From: Pseudomonadota bacterium
GTDB lineage: Bacteria; UBA10199; 2-02-FULL-44-16; JAAZCA01
Length of the DNA stretch: 33,073 nt
Reading direction: 5' to 3'
NCBI GenBank assembly: GCA_043822785.1
Contig: JBDRBN010000075.1
Span: forward strand, 1 to 33,073
Shown here piece after piece: positions 1-7,500 of the stretch (positions within the stretch are counted from its first letter, which is position 1; every line of letters begins with the position of its first letter). The notes under the pieces are model-generated. The model was not told the DNA's origin and did no database searches. It was given only the letters and a program-made list of their open reading frames with translations. A program made the translations under genes and the position numbers.

Positions 1-141
1 CCATGACGGAGCAATTATGTGATGCGTTTTTGTGCAGGGTGCAGCGAATCTGTGCAGTGTGACGGAGCAATACGTTTACTGCGAAGTATGCATCTCTTCA
101 ATATTCCAAAACTATTTCCCTTCTTCAATTTTTTGCTGAGC

Positions 142-157
142 TGGCATGATTCATGCT
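142..157 (+). promoter_or_regulatory. Putative sigma54 (-24/-12) promoter of the transposase
   Basis: TGGCATGATTCATGCT has GG-N10-GC spacing. Predicted +1 is near 168, just before the ATG at 170. Confidence 0.5.
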
Positions 158-169
158 TATACACCAAGC

Positions 170-877
170 ATGGCATATCGTCCTCGTTATCTCATAGTTT
201 GTGATGGTTCCTCATTTCACGTCACATGGCAGTGCCACAACAAAGACTGGCTCTTGCATGATGATTGGGCCAAGCAGATCTACTATGATCTTCTCCTCAA
301 ATATAAAGACAGATATGGCGTATACTTCCACTCCTACCAGTTTATGGAAAACCACCCTCACATGACAGGCACAATTACTTCAAGAGAGGCATTTTCTAAT
401 TTCTTCCGCGTGGTTAACAATCTCCTCGCTCGCAAGGTAAATAAACGCCTGAAAAGACGTGGGCAAGTGGTTATGGATCGCTTCAAGTCAAAGCGGATAC
501 AAGACGATAAGCATATGCTTACTGCCATGACTTATGGTGATCTGAATGGCGTACGATGTGGTCGAGATAAGAAGGCAGAAGATGCCAGATGGTCATCATA
601 TGCCTATTATGCATATGGGCATGATGACCCATTGATCACGCCAGCTCCATCTTATCTTACGCTAGGCGAGACTCCAAAGGAGCGGCAGCAAGCATATCGT
701 GATATGGTGGGGGAGCTTACCCAACAGGGTAAGATTGATATGTCGAACACTTGTTTTATAGGGGATCCGGACTGGATCAAGAGTCAATATGAAGCTCTTT
801 GTAATGAAATGAAGGCCTTTAAGGTAAGCAGAAGGGAAGAAAAGCAGAGGTTGTCTGCTTCAGATCCACCAGAATAA
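170..877 (+). CDS. REP-associated tyrosine transposase-like protein (Y1_Tnp, HUH superfamily)
   Basis: N-terminal FHVTWQCHN, HUH motif MENHPH, RFKS, catalytic-Tyr region YGDLNGVR (cf. YIxxNPVR) and WSSY. Start taken at ATG 170; the ORF track starts at 146. Confidence 0.85.
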   Translation: MAYRPRYLIVCDGSSFHVTWQCHNKDWLLHDDWAKQIYYDLLLKYKDRYGVYFHSYQFMENHPHMTGTITSREAFSNFFRVVNNLLARKVNKRLKRRGQVVMDRFKSKRIQDDKHMLTAMTYGDLNGVRCGRDKKAEDARWSSYAYYAYGHDDPLITPAPSYLTLGETPKERQQAYRDMVGELTQQGKIDMSNTCFIGDPDWIKSQYEALCNEMKAFKVSRREEKQRLSASDPPE

Positions 878-1137
878 CCGACTTTATATCCAACATCTCA
901 TCTCAAACTCACTGCCGTAAATGCATTGGTGCGTGCTTTTGCTAGGATTGTTGCTAGATCTTAGTAAAGATTCTTCCCTTAACTGCTCTATTTCCACTTT
1001 ATTGGTAGTGGTTACCACTCAACAGACTCTCCTAGAAAGCAATTTTGTGCTTGCTGGCAGCTAAAAATCAGTACGCCCTTAAAATTGCTCCGTCATGGTT
1101 TGGGGCAATGCAAGGGATCAGGGATCAGCGTAACTAT

Positions 1138-1177
1138 TAATGTTTATGCTTTGCTCCTAATGTTTATGCTTTGCTCC
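1138..1177. repeat. Perfect 20-bp tandem duplication over the permease stop codon
   Basis: TAATGTTTATGCTTTGCTCC at 1138..1157 and again at 1158..1177. Confidence 0.95.
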
Positions 1178-2218
1178 GATGAGGTTGCGAATCACGACGT
1201 GGATGATGAGCAGTACGAGTATTATGCTAGATGCTACCTCAACCCAATGCGGGATCATGGCCATGCCGCCCGATAATGCGCGCATGCTCATGCCATATCC
1301 GTACCAGATCTCATTTAGCACAAGTCCAGACAGAATGCTCATCACCGCTATGGTGAGCACATAGATAATTGTGGCTGCCTTACCCAACTCCTTTGAGACA
1401 ACCGTTATGGTAACAGCGTTGGTAGCAGGACCTGCCAGCAAAAAGACCATGGCAGCGCCTGGGCTCATGCCCTTTATCATCAGCGCTGCGGCAATGGGAA
1501 GCGATCCTGTGGAGCATACGTACATGGGTATGCCTACGATGAGCATCACGAGCATGGATAATATATGAGAGCCCAAATACCTCTCTACAAATGCACTCGG
1601 CACAAAATACGCGATGAGCCCAGCTATGAGCAACCCGATTACCAACCAGCGCCAGATATCGCCGAGCAGTTCGACAAATGCATATCGAAACAGCTCGCGC
1701 GCTTTATCCCATATTGTGATGCTGTGGCATTCGCACTCGCACGAAGCCTCCATACCAGGCTCGTGGCAATGATGCTTTTCTAACGATTCCAGATCTACTG
1801 CGGGCGGCAATCCTCTTAAAAACAAGTTTCCCAAAAGACCTGCTATGATCGCGGTTACAGCTGAAGAGATCACCCGAAATAGCGCAAAGAAAAAACCCAT
1901 TAGCGAATATGTGGCAAGAATGGAGTCGATGCCTGTGATGGGCGTGGCAATTAAAAAGCTAGTAACCGCTCCCCTGCTTGCGCCCTTTTTGTTTAGCATA
2001 ATTGCTGCAGGTATCACGCCGCATGAGCACAGAGGCAGGGGTATTCCCAAAATCACGGCTTTGATCACCGAACCCACGCTGCTCTTGCCAAGATGCCTGG
2101 CAATCCAATCAAGAGAGATGAATGCATGAAGCACACCGGCAAAGAAAAATCCAAAAAGTAGATATGGACTCATCTTGTAGAGGAGATTCAAAGACTCAGC
2201 TGCTATTCCCTGTATCAT
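1157..2218 (-). CDS. DUF318/ArsP-like permease (SO_0444-type Cu/Zn transporter)
   Basis: Two hydrophobic halves with PLPLCSCGVIP and PMYVCSTGSLP motifs, joined by a His/Cys-rich linker EKHHCHE...CECECHS. Confidence 0.85.
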   Translation of the reverse strand: MIQGIAAESLNLLYKMSPYLLFGFFFAGVLHAFISLDWIARHLGKSSVGSVIKAVILGIPLPLCSCGVIPAAIMLNKKGASRGAVTSFLIATPITGIDSILATYSLMGFFFALFRVISSAVTAIIAGLLGNLFLRGLPPAVDLESLEKHHCHEPGMEASCECECHSITIWDKARELFRYAFVELLGDIWRWLVIGLLIAGLIAYFVPSAFVERYLGSHILSMLVMLIVGIPMYVCSTGSLPIAAALMIKGMSPGAAMVFLLAGPATNAVTITVVSKELGKAATIIYVLTIAVMSILSGLVLNEIWYGYGMSMRALSGGMAMIPHWVEVASSIILVLLIIHVVIRNLIGAKHKH

Positions 2219-2220
2219 AA

Positions 2221-2363
2221 GGGCACCTCTAAAAACCTACGCCAATTGGGTTTGGTGTCATTCCCGCGAAAGCGGGAATCCAGTGTTTATCAATGTTTCT
2301 CATGACTGGATCCCCGCCTTCGCGGGGATGACAGACAAGAAATTGAAGTTTTTAGAGGTGCCC
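2221..2363. mobile_element. 143-bp MITE with 16-bp TIRs and a 4-bp ATAA target-site duplication, containing a REP doublet
   Basis: TIRs are GGGCACCTCTAAAAAC (2221..2236) and GTTTTTAGAGGTGCCC (2348..2363). ATAA occurs at 2217..2220 and 2364..2367. Confidence 0.85.
2256..2333. repeat. GTC-tagged REP-like palindromic doublet (GTCATTCCCGCGAAAGCGGGAATCCAG type)
   Basis: TGTCATTCCCGCGAAAGCGGGAATCCAGT followed by the inverted ACTGGATCCCCGCCTTCGCGGGGATGACA. Each arm has its own internal hairpin. Confidence 0.9.
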
Positions 2364-2367
2364 ATAA

Positions 2368-4365
2368 TTAAAAAATATAACGCACCGAGCCCCAGATGTT
2401 GAATTTTGACGGCTCGGCAAGAACGATGTTAAACGTCGGATCTAGAGCTGGCACCTGAGGTGAATCGTCATTCAATATGTTGTTGGCTGCTACTGCCAGT
2501 TCCAAATGATCTTTAATCGGCCAATACGCAACACGCACGTTGAGCAGATAGAGATCATCGATCCTCACCGAAGGCGTGTTCTGAAAATTGATTGCGCCGT
2601 TTTGCTTCCAGTTGTGGCGAACATAGTTGAAATCTACATTCGTGCTAAAACGGCGATCAAACCAATAGCCCCTAAGGCCGGCGCTAGCCTTGTTTTTTGG
2701 GTTTGCGAGGTTGGGCGTAGGATTGAGATTTCCGTTGATGGGCTTGAAATCCTGATAAGACCAGTTGGCATAGCCGGTGAGCCATTTAAATATCTCGCCC
2801 TCTACCCCTATCTCGCCGCCGATGGCCCTGGCGCCTCCGTCGTTTATAAATTGCACCTGAACAGAAGCAGGAGGAACAAACTGCATCGAAGGAGTAAGCA
2901 TATTATTCAAACGATAACAAAAGAAATCAGCGCGGAGCATGAGCTCGTCTATAGGACGAATGATGTTGCCAAGATCAAAATATAAAATGCGCTCTGCCTT
3001 GAGGTTGCGATTTCCTGCCAAAATTACATTGGGGAAGGGAGAGATGGCCTGGGCTCCATCCAAAAAATAGTGAATAAGGTTGGGATTGTTGAACGCTGTT
3101 CCAAAGCCCAAGCGCAGAGTATAACGAGGATGCGCCAAGAAAACTACGCTGCCATGTGCCGAGGTGTTTAGCCCTGCAAAATCCTTTTGGTAATCTAAAC
3201 GCACCCCACCGGTTAAAATCACCCTGTCAAAAAAACGAAACTCGTCTTGCATGAAACCTGCAAAATTGTGCAAAGATTGGCTTATGATGCCGGACTTAAC
3301 ATCTATAAACCGGTAGTTCAACCCATAGGTCAGGGTGTTTTTGATATCATGGCTGATATCAAAGGAGAACGAATGCCTAAGTTCTGCATCTACGTTGTCA
3401 ATTAATACACTACCCATATTGATATCGCGGCTAGAATTATAGTGCCTTTCCCAATAGGATTGGAAATTCAGCTTGCCCCATTTGCCAAAATCGTTGCTGG
3501 CCTTTCCATCTAAAAGGATGCGCCGCTCCTCCCATCGGCTAAGGCCTCCGAACTGAATCAAGCCATAACTCTGGGTAACTCCCCCGGTGAGGCTCGCCTG
3601 CGTCTCCTCACGTGGCTGCATTTTGAATTTGCCAAGCAGGGCCAAGGTTTCTTCGGCCTTGGTATTGCCGTCGCCCGCAAAATCCGTGTTCTCGTCGTAG
3701 CGGATATAATCGCCCGACACCTTGTACCAGTACCCTTCTGCAAACTTTCCGGCGTTTATGAACTGGGCAGTGCCCATGCGAAAACGCCCACCGCCGCCGC
3801 GCAGCAAGGTGCGCGTTTCTTCGGGCTCGTAAGTGACTATGTTTATGATGCCCAGCATCGCTTTGTTGCCATAAAGCGAGGACATAGGACCTTTGATGAG
3901 CTCAATGCGTTTGATGTCATCCAAGGGCACAGGGAGCTGAGTCCAGACAGTGCCGCTCATAAATTCGTGATAAAATGTGCGGCCGTCGATGAATATGGCA
4001 ATGCGTTCGTCATCGATAAGCGGGCCGGCAAAGCCACGCATCGAGACTTGATCTTCAGCGCTGCTGATTTGGATGACATCCATTCCAGGCACACGTCTGA
4101 ATACCTCTGCCAGGCACGTTGCGCCGGATTGTATGATATCTTCATTGGTGATGACTATGACGTTGGCAGGGGCTTCAGAGAGCTTAACTTCGCGCTTGCT
4201 TGGCCCGGTAACCAGCTCATCCTCGGCAAAGTAGATCTCTTCCTCAATAGAACCCATATCTACTGATATTGAGGTAGGCTCATCCTGGGCTATTGATACA
4301 GAAGCGAAGCCCAGCATCAGGATAAACAGACCAAAACCTATAATAAGATATTGTTTCAGGTTCAC
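2368..4365 (-). CDS. TonB-dependent outer-membrane receptor
   Basis: Signal peptide ending ...SVSIA. Plug motifs LSEAPANVIVIT..EDI..SGA..LAEV.RRVPG and IKRIELIKGPMSSLYGNKAMLGIINIVT. Beta-barrel ending in Phe. The likely start is GTG at 4365; the longer ORF to 4467 reads through a REP. Confidence 0.9.
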   Translation of the reverse strand: MNLKQYLIIGFGLFILMLGFASVSIAQDEPTSISVDMGSIEEEIYFAEDELVTGPSKREVKLSEAPANVIVITNEDIIQSGATCLAEVFRRVPGMDVIQISSAEDQVSMRGFAGPLIDDERIAIFIDGRTFYHEFMSGTVWTQLPVPLDDIKRIELIKGPMSSLYGNKAMLGIINIVTYEPEETRTLLRGGGGRFRMGTAQFINAGKFAEGYWYKVSGDYIRYDENTDFAGDGNTKAEETLALLGKFKMQPREETQASLTGGVTQSYGLIQFGGLSRWEERRILLDGKASNDFGKWGKLNFQSYWERHYNSSRDINMGSVLIDNVDAELRHSFSFDISHDIKNTLTYGLNYRFIDVKSGIISQSLHNFAGFMQDEFRFFDRVILTGGVRLDYQKDFAGLNTSAHGSVVFLAHPRYTLRLGFGTAFNNPNLIHYFLDGAQAISPFPNVILAGNRNLKAERILYFDLGNIIRPIDELMLRADFFCYRLNNMLTPSMQFVPPASVQVQFINDGGARAIGGEIGVEGEIFKWLTGYANWSYQDFKPINGNLNPTPNLANPKNKASAGLRGYWFDRRFSTNVDFNYVRHNWKQNGAINFQNTPSVRIDDLYLLNVRVAYWPIKDHLELAVAANNILNDDSPQVPALDPTFNIVLAEPSKFNIWGSVRYIF

Positions 4366-4370
4366 TTTGA

Positions 4371-4485
4371 TGTCATTGCGAGGAAGGAATCCTTCGACCC
4401 TGCTCAGGACGGGCGACCGAAGCAATCTCCGGTAATTTGCGGATATGCTGGGATTGCTTCGTCGCATATGCTCCTCGCAATGACA
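4371..4485. repeat. REP-like doublet (GTCATTGCGAGG...CTCGCAATGAC type) with a nested CCTTCGAC..GCTCAGGAC unit
   Basis: TGTCATTGCGAGGA...CGAAGCAATC pairs with GATTGCTTCG...TCCTCGCAATGACA. An extra CCTTCGACCCTGCTCAGGAC sits inside the left arm. Confidence 0.85.
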
Positions 4486-4509
4486 TACACTACCCTAGAT
4501 AATGTCGAG

Positions 4510-4538
4510 AGTTTACAAGACCAACTAGATGTGGTCAA
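4510..4538 (-). promoter_or_regulatory. Putative sigma70 promoter for the TonB receptor/permease genes
   Basis: Minus strand TTGACC-N17-TAAACT. A GACCA-N8-TGGTC inverted repeat overlaps the -35 box and spacer. Confidence 0.45.
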
Positions 4539-4545
4539 CCAGTCA

Positions 4546-7500
4546 CTAACGAATACATACATCTGCCTCTGGGTGATCTAGGCAGACGATCTGTCTTAAT
4601 GCTTCGTTCATCTCCATTAATTCTTCAATTTGCTTTTGCTGCTCTTGAATTGCTCCGACCACAAGTGGCATGAACATGCCTTGTGCCAAAGTCAAATATT
4701 CGCCAGAATCATCAACCGCCTGGGGCATGACTTTCTGCACCTCTTGAGCGATAAAGCCGATGTGTTCTTCTCCCGTAGATATGACGTTGAACCTTACCGG
4801 ACGCAGCGCAAGCACATCTTCAAGCGCAGATTCCAAATCTACAATATTGGTCTTGAGCCTTTCGTCAGAGCTGCAGCTCCAGCTTGCACCCACTGTTGGA
4901 TTTAACGTACAAATTGCATCGTCATCCTCTATGGTAGCAACGGCGACAGCAGTTGTATTCGAATTTACATGGAGAGTAGTTGCAGGGTTAATTGTTCCAA
5001 CGCCGAGCCTGCCGGCAGTATCCTCGGTCGCATCGTCTACCGGAAAGATAAGAAATACATCTGGAACACCTATATCCAAAGTGCCTGTTGAATAGCCCCA
5101 CACAAAACTGCGATCTGCATTTCCGTCTAGCCGCACATCACGGCCACCAACCCAAGACCAATCACCTGAAGTGCTGTTAGAAGTTCCACCGCTCACCCTA
5201 GAACCTTGAGCAGTGGCGCTATTCAGATTTCCGCCACCAACGCTGGCACCGGCACCGCTTGCAGTGTTTTGGTTTCCGCCAGCCACTGTGGCATTGAGCG
5301 CGCTGGCAGTGTTGGTAAATCCACCGCCGACTGTTGAATACAAACCGCTGACGGAGTTGCTGTTTCCGCCGGCAACAGTGCTGGAACTGCCGATGGCAGC
5401 ATTATTCTGACCACCGCCGATCACGGCACTGACACCACTGGCTATGTTATTACTGCCGCCGCCGACTGTTGAGTAGTCACCACTGGCAGTGCCAGTGACG
5501 CCGCCACTGACCGTAGAGCGCGAACCGCTGGCAGTATTGGTATAACCGCCGCTGACTGTGCTAGCGTTATTACTAGCAGTGTTATAAGCTCCACCACCGA
5601 CTGTGCTATAAGTATAAGTAGCATTGTTAGTATATCCACCCGATAGGGTTATATACGAATAGTTCTGCAGATTTGTTCCTGTGGTTGGGTTAATACCAAA
5701 GCCCCAGTTGACGTGTGTATTGGCCCCTGTACCATAAAGCACAGCGCTGCTGGTCGCTAGACCACCTGCTTTGGCTCTTAAGAAATCGGCAGGGGAAGTT
5801 TCTTCTGTCCAGACTGTGCCAGCGACAGTCTTCCAGCTTAATATTCCAGCTCCATTAGTGTATAGCACCTCGCCATCGGCACCATCATCACTTGGCAGAG
5901 TCCAGACTTGCTGCCCAGCGTCGGTAATGAGATCCGGCGCCTTGAATCCCATATAGTTTGTACCATTGGCCGCAAGCTCTCTCCATCTTGTCTCACCGGT
6001 ATTGCCGGGATTTACGTCATATGGATTTACTGTTATAGCACCGTGAGCTGTAGTCTGTAGTGTCGTAAACCTACCTGTTGTCGCTGAAGCCGCACCTATT
6101 GTAGCGCCATCGATAGTTCCGCCGTTGACATCGACTGTTGTCACGCTACCGAGATCGCCCCAGGTGGCACCTACTGCTGTGGGCAAAGTCATAATCCTAG
6201 GTGATGTCATTGTCGGTGATGTAAGAGTTTTGTTCAAAAGATCCTGAGTACCTGTCAAGGTTACTATGCTTGCTATATTTGTTGAGTTGATTCCATCGGA
6301 GATGTTTCTTGCTATGTATAGATTGTTCCATTTGTAATCTGGATGTGCCCCTAGATCACGGGTTCCATCGCCATCTGGTATCAATGCCGTATTTACCGCC
6401 ACCGAAGCCAGGTTAGATAGTGCAGTGTTAGCTCCAGCAGCTGCTGGAGTCTCCCAGCTTAAATTGCCTACGCCGTCTGTAGCTAGTACCTGATTTTCCT
6501 CTCCATCATCTGGAGGAAGCACTAGGTCATAGCCTGTAGCTAGTCCATCTAGCGCAGTGATGGTAACAATTTCCGAACCTGCACCTGGATCTTCTATAAC
6601 CAGCGATGTATTTGCCCTAGCGGTTGTAAATGTACCTGACTCTGGCGTGGTAACACCTATCCTCGTATTATCGATCGTGCCTGCGTTTATATCCGCCGTG
6701 TCTGCAACCAACGAATCTATGTTCGCTGTGCCGTCTATGTATAGATCCTTGAATTCGTTAGTCCCGCTGCCAAGATCAATTGTATCGTCAGCACCAGGGA
6801 GTAATGCAGCATTTATGGCAACGCTAGCCAGGTTGTCTAATGCTGTAGTGGCGGCGCCGCCTCCTCCCTTGTCCGTCCAACCCAATACGCCTGAGGCGTC
6901 GGCAATGGTAAGCACCTGATCTACCGATCCAACACTCGCAGGCAATGTATATGTCTGGTCTGCATTCACATCGCCAGCAGATACAATTGTAGTGGTAAAG
7001 CTATCCAAAGCATCGGCATCGTGTAGAACTACACGGCCCGCATATGCCACATCGCCTTGACCAATATACACGTCTCCACCGTGAACGCTTGTATCAATAG
7101 TAGACACCAGATCTGTAAATGTAGCTACCTGAGGAACTGCATCACCGATCCTTACATTGTCCATAGTGCCGCCGTTTATATCTATTGTGCTAAATGTGCC
7201 TCCATCAGCCACTGTTCTGCCTGCGTTGGTCCAGTTGCTGCCCATGCTAAATGAAGCACCGTCAGCTGATATTGAATCTAATGCTATATCGCCAACATTG
7301 GTAATGTTGCGATCGCCGTGTGACTGGTCCCCAGTAAACGCAACGCTGCCATCTGCATATATAACTCCACTTACCGATGTCTTATCTGTCCAGCTCAATG
7401 TAGCATTGGGAGAATTGCCATCTGTAGTAAGAACCTGGCCGTTGGCGCCAACAGTACCAGGCAACTGCAGAGCGTAGCTATTAATCAACCCATCCGGCAC

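Larger units (their letters stand above)
1..1098 (+). mobile_element. Inverted-repeat-bounded element carrying a Y1 (HUH) RAYT-like transposase
   Basis: 1..16 CCATGACGGAGCAATT is the exact reverse complement of 1083..1098 AATTGCTCCGTCATGG. An internal direct copy TGACGGAGCAAT lies at 60..71. The repeats enclose one transposase gene. The left end may extend beyond the window. Confidence 0.75.

Noticed and set aside
878..1082. TnpB/IscB or guide RNA downstream of the Y1 transposase
   Set aside because: There is no nuclease ORF, and I could not see a convincing structure by eye.
4366..4545. Cobalamin or other riboswitch ahead of the TonB receptor
   Set aside because: The structure is explained by the REP doublet and no B12-box was recognisable. 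An Rfam scan would settle it.
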